Shown here piece by piece: positions 52,352-63,139 of a stretch of 64,000 bases of DNA (positions within the stretch are counted from its first letter, which is position 1; each line of letters opens with the position of its first letter). The stretch is from Mobula hypostoma. Taxonomy: Eukaryota. The position numbers and the translations under genes were made by a program. The notes below the pieces were generated by a model. It was given only the letters and a program-made list of their open reading frames with translations. It had not been told where the DNA came from and did no database searches. The DNA lies in contig NC_086108.1 in assembly GCF_963921235.1 (NCBI RefSeq), positions 103,852,001 through 103,916,000 on the forward strand, written 5' to 3'.

Positions 52352-52825
52352 ATGTCTGTGTGATCCAGAATCTCGGGAGGAGAAGGCCCCGAGTCCTTGA
52401 CTTTGCCTGTTGCTTGGCGGCCGGGGACAGGGTCGAAGCCCTCGGCCGAGATGGTGCTCCGTATCGGAGGACTGGTCGGAGGCTCGAAGTTTTCGGACGG
52501 TCTCAGAGTTGGCTGTGGTCGGGTGCTTCCAGGGTGCTGCATTGGCAAGTTTGCGGTGCTGGAGGTTCATGGCATCTGTCATTTAGAGGTGATGGGCTAT
52601 TGGGACTTTGAGACTTCTTTTTTACCGTGCCTATCAAATTACGGTATTGCTTCGCACTGTTGTAACTACATGTTATAATTATGTGGTTTTTGTCAGTTTT
52701 AGTCTTGGTCTGTCCTGTGTTTCTGTGATATCATACTGGAGGAACATTGTATCATTTCTTAATGCATGCATTTCTAAATGACAATAAACGAGGACTGAGT
52801 GTCCTCACAATCTAATCTAATCTAA
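52352..52825 (+). mobile_element. CpG-rich retroelement 3' segment with (TCTAA)n tail, nested in Rex1
   Basis: Interrupts Rex1 colinearity; AATAAA, small stem-loop gaggac-tgagt-gtcctc, then tctaatctaatctaa. Confidence 0.7.
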
Positions 52826-53651
52826 TGTGTGAGCAGCCTTCAGGAGGGTGAACCCACAAAAAGCATGTGGCCCAAATGGGGTACCTGGCCAAGCACTAAA
52901 AAACGGTGCTGATCAGCTGCTGGAGTGTCCCCTCAGATCTTTAACCTCTCGCTACAGCAGTCTGAAGTACCCATCTAATTCAAGCAGGTTTCATTTGTAC
53001 TGTGCCTAAGAAGAGTGTGGTAACCTGCCTCAGTGATTATCATCCAGTAGCACTTACGTCCACAGTGATGAAGTATTTTGAGAGGTTGTTGCCTGAGAAG
53101 TGACTTGGATCCACTCCAATTTGCCTACTGGAGCAACAGGTCCACAGCAGATGTCATCTCTTTGGTTCTTCACTAAACCCTGGAACATCTGGACAGCATC
53201 AGGATGTTCTTTATTGACTACAGCTCGGTATTCAATACCATCATCCCCTCAAAACTAATGAATAAGCTCCTTGACCTTGGACTCAATACCTCCTTGGGCA
53301 ATTGGATCCCGGAGTTCCTCACTTGCAAACCTCAGTTGGTTCAGATCGGTGACATCTCCTCCACAATCTCCATTAGCAAAGGTACACCATAAGGCTGTGT
53401 GCTTAGCCCCCACTCTACTCATTTTACACTTGTGACTGTGTGGTGAAACACCACTACAATGCCATAATCAAGTCTGCTGATGACACCACTGTCACAGGCC
53501 GAATCAAAGATGGTGATGAGTCAGCATACAGGAGGGAGATTGAAAATCTGGCTGAGTGGTGCCATAACAACAGCCTCTTACTCAATGTCAGCAAGACCAA
53601 AGAGCTGATTATTGACTTCAAGAGAAAGAAACCAGAGGTCCATGAGCTAGT

Positions 53652-53846
53652 AACAGACATCGAAGTTGCTGGTGAGCGCAGCAGGCCAGGCAGCATCCCT
53701 AGGAAGAGGTACAGAAGACGAAGGGTCTCAGCCTGAAACGTCGACTGTACCTCTTCCTAGAGATGCTGCCTGGCCTGCTGCGTTCACCAGCAACTTTGAT
53801 GTGTGTTGCTTGAATTTCCAGCATCTGCAGAATTCCTCGTGTTTGT
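53652..53846. mobile_element. 195-bp palindromic Penelope insertion
   Basis: Inverted arms of the same family as 46030-47411; 14-bp TSD gtccatgagctagt at 53638-53651 / 53847-53860. Confidence 0.92.
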
Positions 53847-55034
53847 GTCCATGAGCTAGTGTTCATCAGAGGATCAGAGGTGGGAGAGGGTCAGCAACTT
53901 TAAATTCCTTAGTGTTATTATCTCAGAGGCTCTGTCCTGGGCCCAGCACATAAATGCAATTATGAAGAAAGCACTGTAGCACCTCTACTTCCCCAGGAGT
54001 TTATAAAGATTCGGCATGACATCTAAAACTTAAGAGTAATTTCTGTAGAAGTGTAGTGGAGAATATATTGACTGGCTGTATCACAGCCTGGAATGGAAAC
54101 ACCAATGCCCTTGAATAGAAAATCCTGCAAAAAATAGTGGATACAGCCCAGTCCATCACGGGTAAAGCCCTCCCCACTGTTGAACACCTCTGCATGGAGT
54201 GTTGACACAGAAAAGCAGCATCCATCATTAGGGACCCCCACCAACCAGATCATGCTCTCTTCTCACTGCTGCCACCAGGAAGGAGGTACAGGAGCTTCAG
54301 GACTCACACCACCACGTTCAGTAACAGTTATTACCCTCAACCATCAGGCTCTTAAACCAAAGGGGATAACTTTACCTGCCCCATCATTGAAATGTTCCCA
54401 GAGTCAATGGGCTCACTTTCAAGGAGTCTTCATCTCGTGCTCTGTATTTGTTGCTTATTTATTATTATTTTTTTCTTTTTGTATTTGCACAGTTTGTTGT
54501 TTTTTGTATATCGATTGAATACCCAAGTTGGTGTGGTCTTTCAATGATTTGTTATGGTTATTATTCCATTATGGATTTTTGAGTATGCCTGCAAGAAAAT
54601 GGTTCTAAGTTTTTCATGGTGAGATGTATGTGCTTTGATAATAAATTTACTTTGAACTTTGAATTTTGACAAGCACATCAAAGGGAACAGCCTCCCGGTA
54701 TAGACTCTGCCCAGACATGGCATGATTTATATCTTTCTTCCAAATCTGTGATCAATTTTCTCCTCTTCAAAGAAAATCGTTCTGGCCTCTAATCTGTCCT
54801 TGTGACTGCAGTTTCTCATCCCAACAATAATTCTTGGAAATCTTTCGTGGACCCCCTTATGCCCACTTCCTTTCTATAATGAAGCACTGAGAATTAATTT
54901 CTTCTTGTTTTTTTTTCTTATTGTGTTCTTTGTTTACTGTGTGTGTGTGTTTTTTAAATCTGCATCAGATCTGGAGCAACAATCATTTTGTCCTCCTTTC
55001 ACTCCTGTATTGAAGAATGACAATAAACACTCAA

Positions 55035-55480
55035 GACCATTAGACATGGGAGCAGAACCACACTCTTCAGCCCATCGAGTCTGCCACCATGGCTGATTTA
55101 TTATCCCTCTCAACCACATTCCCCATAACCTTTGATGGTCTGACTAATCAAGAACCTATCAATCTCTGTGTTAAGTCTACATCTGTGGCAATGAATACCG
55201 CAGATTCACCACTCACTGGCAAAAGAAATTCCTCCTCATCTCTGTTCTAAATGGATGCTCCTCTAATCTGAGGCTGAGCCCTCTGGTCCTAGACTCCCCC
55301 ACTATAGAAACCACCTCTCCACACGAACTCTATCTAGGCCTTTCAACATTCGATAGGTTTCAATGGGATTCATTTCCACCTTCCCAACGCCCCCCCCCCC
55401 GCCACCCCAACATCTAAACTCCAGAAAGTACATGGCCAGAACCATCAAACACTCTATTATTAACCCTTTCATTTATGGAA
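55035..55480 (-). mobile_element. CR1 3' fragment
   Basis: Reverse complement similar to 1-425. Confidence 0.8.
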
Positions 55481-57659
55481 TCCATTTTGAACCTAGCTGA
55501 GGCCAGATTGTACTTCACGAAGGTTCAATATAATTTCTTTGCCATTCTGATAGTGCCTGCGGGATCTGGTCTCCCTTGTAGACCCATTCACTGAACCTTT
55601 CTTCTTGTGCGCTGGGTCAGGTTTGGGTTTTTGTTTAAGTTATTGGTCCTTGAGCTGTTAATACCCTGGGCTGGTAGGAGAGAAGCCCTCTCAAACTCCC
55701 CATGGTAACCAAGCAATAGTAGAATCCTCTCTCGTGGTTTTTTTTTAGATACCAGGGGTTTGTTCAGGAGTTTCATCCCGATGGAGTCACCTAAACCGGG
55801 TAAGGGAACAGTAGGGAGGGTTTTTTCCAGTTGTAAGCCAATGGTGGGGGTGTATGCACAGTACTAGAATATAACACAGTACAGCACAGGGGCAGGGACA
55901 GGGACCTTTGCTCCACAAAGTTGTGTCCAGCTCACTTCATTAGGAAGCAAATGCCCAACTAAGCTCATCCCTTCTGTCCATATCCTTCCATTTTCTGTCT
56001 TAAGTGCCCTCGAACATCTGTATCATGTACAATATTGGTCTTTCTTTTTAAGGCATTAATTTGTTGGAATCAGTCCAGGTCTTCACCAGATATCTGGAAG
56101 GGGTGTGTTGTCTTTTGGGGCAAAATAAGATTGGGCAGGCTAGGCTCGTATCAGCTGGCATTTAGAAAAGTGATGGGCACTTTTAACACGCAAGTTCCTT
56201 GGGAGTTGTGACAACGCGGATATGCAGAGGATCTTTTGTCTTGTGGTAGGATCAAGATTTACGAGGCAGTTTGGTCAATAGACTCATGCTGATCTCATCA
56301 GTGAGGTTCAAGTTTAATTGTCATTCAACTATACACGTGAATACAGCCAAACGGATCAGCATTCCTGGTGTTTCTGGTGTACAACACAGAATCACAGTCG
56401 CACACAGCATGTAATTATGATAGCAAAAAAATAGTTAGGAAAATTATATAAAAATATAGTATAGCTCAAGACCCTGAGTTTTGGGTACAGAGGCAAGGGT
56501 CGGGCTGATTTTGCTTGTTCCCCCGTGAATGTTTATTCCTTTCTCCATGGTGACGTGGCTGTGAACTGATCGGGCTGCTAAGTGTTTCTGCCCCACTGGA
56601 GTGAAAACTGGGGACTGAGGCTTGGCTTTGGACTCGGATTCCCCAGGAGTGGATCTGGGACTCATTCTCGTACAGAATACTGTGTCTTGCTTCTAGTGTT
56701 TGCACAGTGTTTTTATTTTCTCTCTCTTTCTCATCGCAGTGTTTTCGTTTTCTTTGGTTTTTTGATTTTTTTTTGAAGTTTTTAAAATTTGGGTTATTTT
56801 CAGTTTCTTGCTTTGATAATAAACATGTGTTGAATCTTTGGTGCATGGATGTTGTCCTGGAGCCATGTTTCTGCAAGAGCAGCCCACAGCAATTCCTCAT
56901 ATCATGCAGTGCAGCCTCAGTTGAATGTAATCCAGCTTGTCTCTCACCGAGCAAACACTGGAGAGCAGCACCGATGGGGAGGGCCTGCTTCAAACCCAGC
57001 ATGGAATCCAGTAGCACACGGCCAGTTCCGGCATTTCCCCCCTTGGCGGCTGGAACAGACAGTCCCAGTCTCTGCTTCCCTGTATTCCAACAACTCTGCA
57101 GGTCTCTGTCTTGTGTCCATTAACTCCTCTTTGATTCCTTTATTATTTGTCTACACCAAGGGACAGTTTACAACAATCAATTAAACTTAGGAAGTGGCAG
57201 GAAAAGCTCTTGTCACAGTGAGAATATAGAGTCTCTACATGGATAACACCCAAGGTCAGGATTGAACCTGTATCTCTGGGCCTCTGAGGCAGCAATACTA
57301 ACTGCTGCACCATAGTGTTGCCATGGCAACTATTAATATAGAACAGTGCAGCACTGGAACAAGCCCTTCGACCCACAATGTTGTGTCAAATTAATAAAAT
57401 TAGTAATTAAATCTCTAACTGAGATAATACCTTCTGCCTGCACAATATCCATATCCCTCACATTAATGTACCTATCTAAGAGGTGCCTGAAGAAGGCCCC
57501 TATTGTTTTTGCCTCTACTACCACCCCAGGCACCATCGCTCTCTGTGCTTGAAACCAAAACTAGCTCTGCACATTTCCTTCGAACTTAACTCCCACCTAC
57601 CTTAAATGCAAGCCCTCTGGTATTAGATATTTCCACACTGTGGAAAAGGTGTCTACACG

Positions 57660-58040
57660 CATTCATCATCGTTACGTATTGTGTTGTACGACGTGGGCGA
57701 TCATAGTCTCATGACCATGAGTGATCTTGGCAAATTTTTCTACAGAAGTGGTTTGCCATCGCTGCCTTCTGGGCAGTTTTTTTTACAAGACAGGTGACCC
57801 CAGCTGTTATCAATAATCTTCAGAGATTGTCTGCCTGGCGTCAGTGGTCCTATAACCAGGACTTGAGATATGCAGCAGCTGCACATATGACCATAACCAC
57901 CCTGTTCCCATGGCTTCACGAGACCCTGATCGGGGGGCTAAGTAGGTGTTACACCTTGCCGAAGGGTGACCTACAGGCTAGAGGAGGGAAGGAGATCCTT
58001 ACACCTTCTTTGGTAGAGACATATCTCCACCTTGCTACCC
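57660..58040 (-). mobile_element. Second copy of the GGGT-start SINE-like element, inserted in a CR1 fragment
   Basis: Reverse complement aligns by eye to 2496-2514 joined to 2960-3315. Confidence 0.8.
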
Positions 58041-58968
58041 TACTCTATGCCTCTCATAATCTTATAAACCTTTATCAGATCTTCCCTCAGCCTCTGCCAC
58101 TCCAGAGAAAACAACACATTTGTCCAACCTCTCATTATAGCACATGCCCCCTAATCCGGGCAGTATCCTGGTAAACCCCTTCTGCACATTGTCCAAAGCC
58201 TTGACATCCTTCCTATGATAGGGTGCCAAAACTGAAAGCAATACTGCAGATGCAGCCTAACTAGAGTTTGGTAAGGCTGCAATATACTTTCCCAACTCTT
58301 GAACTCAGTTTCTCAACTAATAAAGGCAAATAGACTATTTGCCGCCTTAACCACCCTATAACATGTGTAGCCATTCAGTGTGCAGTCACTGTGACAATGC
58401 TTTATAGTCACTACTTAAAATAAGGGGTTACACATTTAAGATTGGGAGGGGAATGGATTGCTTTTTCATAGAAACGTAGAAAACCTACAGCACAATACAG
58501 GCCCTTCGGCCCACAAAGCTGTGCCGAACATGTCCTTACCTTAGAAATTACCTAGGGTTACCCATAGCCCTCTATTTCTCTAAACTCCATGTACTTATCC
58601 AAGAGTCTCTTAAAAGACCCTATTGTATCCGCCTGTCGTCAGCAGCCCATTCCATGCACTCACCACTCTCTGCATAAAAGAAACTTACCCCTGACAGCTC
58701 CTCTGTACCTCATTCCAAGCACCTTAAAACTCTGCCCTCTCATGCTAGCCATTTCAGCACTGAGAAAAAGCCTCCGACTATCCACACAATCAATGCCTCT
58801 CAGCATCTTATACACCTCTATCAGGTCACCTCTCATCCTCCGTTGCTCCAAGGAGAAAAGGCTGAGTTCACTCAACCTATTCTCAAGAGGCATGCTCCCC
58901 AATCCAGCCAACTTACTTGTAAATCTCCTCTGCACCCTTTCTATGGTTTCCACATCCTTCCTGTAGTG

Positions 58969-59725
58969 CAGCGGTCCCCAGCCACCGGGCCGCAGAGCAT
59001 GTGCTCCCGGGCCGTGAGGAAACGATATGAGTCAGCTGCACCTTTCCTCATTCCCTGTCATGCACTGTTGAACTTGAACATAGGGTTGCAACTGTCCCGT
59101 ATTAGCCAGGACATCCTGTATATTGGACTAAATTGGCTTGTCCCATATTTCCCCCGCTAAGGTGGAGCGTTCCTATAAAACCTTTCGTGCCGAAGTGGCG
59201 TGAAGCGAAGAAGCAATTATCATTAATTTATATGGGAAAAATTTTTGAGTATTCCCAGACCCAAAAAATAACCTACCAAATCATACCAAATAACACATAA
59301 AACCGAAAATAACACTAACATATAGTAAAAGCAGGAGTGATATGATAAATACACAGCCTATATAAAGTAGAAATAATGTATGTACAGTATAGTCGGGAAG
59401 ATGAAGCAGATTTGTGGGAGGGGAAAAAAAATCGGCACTTACGCGCATACACACATCACATGCGCACAAAGGTGCCCGCGCAAGGCTTCATGGTCATGTG
59501 GTCATGGTAGTCTTTCCTGGGGTAAAGTCTCCCGGGATTTGACTGCTACTTTTGTCCCTTACTTGGGAGTGAGAAAGTTGGCAACCCTAACTGTAAAAGA
59601 CATGTTGAGGTGAGTTTAACCCTACTTGAACACAACTCCCCCCCCCCCGCCCCCGCTCAGCTGGTCTACAAGAATATTGTCAATATTAAACCGGTCTGCG
59701 ATGCAGAAAAGGGTGGGGACCCCTG
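58969..59725. mobile_element. hAT/Charlie-type non-autonomous element
   Basis: TIRs cagcggtcccca / tggggacccctg; 8-bp TSD ctgtagtg at 58961-58968 / 59726-59733. Confidence 0.9.
59081..59624. mobile_element. Second hAT-type element nested in the Charlie element
   Basis: TIR tagggttgc(c)aact / agttggcaacccta; 8-bp TSD cttgaaca at 59073-59080 / 59625-59632. Confidence 0.82.
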
Positions 59726-61327
59726 CTGTAGTGAGTTGACAAGTACTGAGCATAGCACTCCAAGTGGGGTCTGACCAGGGTCCCATATAGCTGTAACATT
59801 ACCTCTCGGCTCTTGAGCTCAGTCCTACAGTTCATGAAGGCCAATGGACCGTATGCCTTCTTAACCACACAGTCAACCTGCCCATAGACTTGGACCCCGA
59901 GATCCCTCTGACCCTTCACACTGCCAAGAGTCTTATCATTAATACTATATTCTGCCATTATATTTGACCTACCAAAATGAAGCACCTCACACTTACCTGG
60001 GTTGAACTCCATCTGCCACTTCTCAGCCCAGTTTTGCACCCTATTAATGTCCTGCTGTAACTTCTGACAGCCCTCCACACTATCCACAACACCCCCAACC
60101 TTTGTGTCATCAGCAAATTTACTAACCCATCACTCCACTTCCTCATCCAGGTCATTTATAAACATTACGAAGAGAAGGAGTCCCAGAACAGATCCGTGAG
60201 GCACATCACTGGTCACTGACCTCCATGCAGAATATGAGCCGTCTACGACCACTGCCTGCCTTCTGTGGGCAAGCTGGTTCTGGATCCACAAAGCAAGGTC
60301 CCCTTAGATCCCATGCTTCCTTACTTTCTCAATAAGCCTTGCATGAGGTACCTTATCAAATGCCTTGCTGAAATCCACATACACTACATCTACTGCTCTA
60401 CTTTCATCAATGTGTTTAGTCACATCCTCAAAAAATTCAATCAGGCTTGTAAGGCACGACTTGCCCTTGAGAAAGCCATGCTGACTATTCCTAATCATAT
60501 TATACCTCTCCAAATGTTCATAAATCCTGCCTCTCAGGATCTTCTCCATCAACTTACCAACCACTGAAGTAAGACTCACTGGTCTATAATTTCCTGAGAT
60601 ATCTCAACTCTCTTTCTTGAATAAAGGAACAACTTCTGCAATCCTCCAATCCTCCAGAACCTCTTGATGATGCAAAGATCATTGCCAGAGGCTCAGCAAT
60701 CTCCTCCCGTGCCTCCCATGTTAACCTGGGGTATATCTCATCTGGTCCCGGTGACTTATCCAACTCTCTCAGATAGCTATGAGACTTTGGAGTTCTCTTT
60801 CTCAGATGGTGGTGAACACACTTCTTCTAATTCTTTTTTCCACCTTGATAAACAGAGTGAAAAGCCAGTGCGGCTAGGTGGGATGCAAAAAGTCGATCTG
60901 ATCATCTGCGAAGTTGAGTTCTGGAGAGGACTCAGGACCCGTGATGTATAAAAAGTCAAGCAGCGTCTGTGGAAAGAGACATAGAATTCTGCTGAAGGGG
61001 TTTCAACTTGAAACAGTGAATTGGTTGTTCTTCCACAGATGCTGCCTGACTGGTTGAGTATCTTGGGCATTTTCTGTTTTTATTGTAAAGTTATATGATC
61101 TTTCCTGAAGCCTATTTAAGTTTTTATAACGATTTAACAGCTTTTCCGACCTCTTCCCCATAGCATAGTAGATCCAGTCTGGGTTTGAAAAAGTAAACCC
61201 TGGGATTGCTAATTGATCTGTGTAGCCTCATGATTCATTGCCTCATGGACAAACAGCTGAACCTGTGGATGAGTTCATGTTGATCAGGTTGGAAGTGTGA
61301 TCACAGCAACATCTCATTTCTCTGCAG

Positions 61328-61415
61328 GTCTGAGGTGAAGGTGCGTCCAATTTAACTGCAACGAGCCTGTCAAGAGCACAAAGCAGCCATGACTGATGTG
61401 TCCAAGAAAACCGAG
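61328..61415 (+). other. Probable exon containing the start codon (88 nt)
   Basis: Acceptor atctcatttctctgcag, donor GAG|gtgagt, stops in all three frames upstream of gcagccATG. Confidence 0.72.
61389..61415 (+). CDS. N-terminal coding segment MTDVSKKTE of an unidentified host gene (phase-0 intron follows)
   Basis: Kozak-like GCAGCCATG, 27 nt to a consensus donor; no compatible downstream exon found in the window. Confidence 0.62.
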
Positions 61416-61494
61416 GTGAGTCTGTGCCTGACCAGTACTCATTTCTGGAGACTGTATCTTGTACTCTAATGTTTAGGAAGAATTCAGACCAAAA

Positions 61495-61890
61495 GGGCTT
61501 TTCTATTTTTGGAGCAAAGGAGGATGAGAGGTGACTTGATAGAGGTGTACAAGATAAAAGGTATAGATCAAGTGGACAACCAGAGACTTTTTTCCTGGGC
61601 AGAAATGGCTAATATGGGGGGACATAATTTTAAGGTGACTGGAGGAAAGTATAGGAGGGGACGTCAGAGGTAAGTTTTTCTTACACAGAAAGTGGAGGAT
61701 ACATGGAATGCACTGCCGAGGTAGTGGTCGAGTCAAGTACATTAGGGACATTCAAGAGACTCTAAGATGGGTATGTGTAAGATAGAAAATTGGAGAGCTA
61801 CGTAGGAGGGAAGGATTAGATTGACCTTGGAGTTGGTTGAAAGCTTTGTCACAACATTGTTGGCTGAAGGGCCTATAGTGTTCTATGTCC
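61495..61890 (+). mobile_element. CR1 3' fragment
   Basis: gaggtgacttgatagaggtgtacaag and gaagggccta...ttctatg end. Confidence 0.8.
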
Positions 61891-62039
61891 TAATTTCCCT
61901 TAATAATATTTAAAAACTTTTGTACTTAAGTGTGAGCTTTGCATGCTGAAATTCAAAATTCTCTTTTTGTAATGCTACCTTGTAATCTAAAGCTGTCTAC
62001 TAATTGTGTTGGCACTCTTGTTGGTACTGACAATGACAG

Positions 62040-62432
62040 GATGATGAAAAACAGTAGATTACCAGGGCGACGATGATGGAACATTCTAGGTTACTGGGGC
62101 GATGATGGAATGTTGTGGGTTACTGGGGCAACGATGATGGAATGTTGTGGGTTACTGGGGCGATGATGATGGAACGTGGGTTACTGGGGCGATGATGATG
62201 AACCATTGTGGGTTACTGGGGCGATGATGAAACGTTGTGGGTTACCGGGGCAGTGATGATGGAATGTTGTGGGTTACTGGGGCAACGATGTTGGAATGTT
62301 GTGGGTTACTGGGGCAACGATGATGAAATAATGTGGGTTACTGGGGTGACAATGATGGAACGTGGGTTACTGGGGCGATGATGATGAAACGTTGTGGGTT
62401 ACTGGGGCAATGATGATGGAACGTTGTAGGTT
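62040..62432. repeat. Minisatellite, ~29-33 bp unit, about 11-12 copies
   Basis: Unit approx. GGGTTACTGGGGC(A)(AC)GATGATGATGGAAYGTTGT with variable GAT number and degenerate ends. Confidence 0.95.
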
Positions 62433-63139
62433 TTAAGCATTTGCTTCTTTTGAGTGATAGACAAGAGGGAGTACAGTGAATCATCTCAGTGACATCCAGA
62501 AGAACTTCAGATGGGGGTGGGGGGGTCCTGAGGAAAAAAGAGGCTTCCACTCAAGTATTGGTGGGAGCTGGAACCCGCTGTCTGAAAGGGTATTGGAGGA
62601 AGTACTCTCAGCATATTAAAAAGTTGGCTTCATAAGCACTTGTTGTTACATAATAAGGAGAGGGTGGAATGAGATTGCTGCTAATCTCTTTTGACTGATG
62701 CAGACACTGAGAGACAAATAGTCTCCATCTGTGCAGAAAACAATCCATTCATCAAGTCTGATACCACAATCCATTTATCAAGTCCAATATTACCTGCCAG
62801 ATTGAGGTGACTTTTTTTGGCAATTGATGAAAAATGTAACTGGACTTCATTCAGACTCCAGTCCAAAATTAATGTGATCGCAGTCCTTCGAGAACATGTC
62901 TGATTCTTGATCATGCTCTCTCATAGTCCAACGAACCTCCTCTGTGTTCTTGCAGTTCTTGGAACAGTTACAGAAAACCCCTAAATAGTAGATATAGTGC
63001 AGAATGAATGTTTGTTTAAAATCTGGATCAAATGCAGAAATTTAAGGCATTTATTGTTCCGATGCCAATCCTCTGAACCTGATCACCTGCAATCTGGGGT
63101 CTTAGATGCTGGCTGCATCAATGGGGAATGTCTTGGCCT

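Larger units (their letters stand above)
51860..54665 (+). mobile_element. Rex1/Babar LINE with nested insertions
   Basis: [47 protein letters not shown]; (TTTGAAC)n tail. Confidence 0.9.
58468..60770 (-). mobile_element. CR1 LINE RT fragment split by a hAT element
   Basis: YVDFSKAFDKVPH, QNWAEKWQMEFN, RGDLIEVYK; same family as 26645-31500. Confidence 0.9.

Noticed and set aside
56963..56986. REST/RE1 site
   Set aside because: Only the CAGCACC half matches; spacing and right half deviate
56466..57123. Overlapping 183-aa and 138-aa ORFs
   Set aside because: They run through a T-rich low-complexity tract with no domain similarity that I can recognise
62040..62432. CRISPR-like repeat/spacer appearance
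   Set aside because: The intervening segments are variants of one another, not unique spacers; there are no cas genes and the context is eukaryotic
62704..62806. Second coding exon candidate
   Set aside because: Weak acceptor, and the phase-0 frame needed after MTDVSKKTE hits stops
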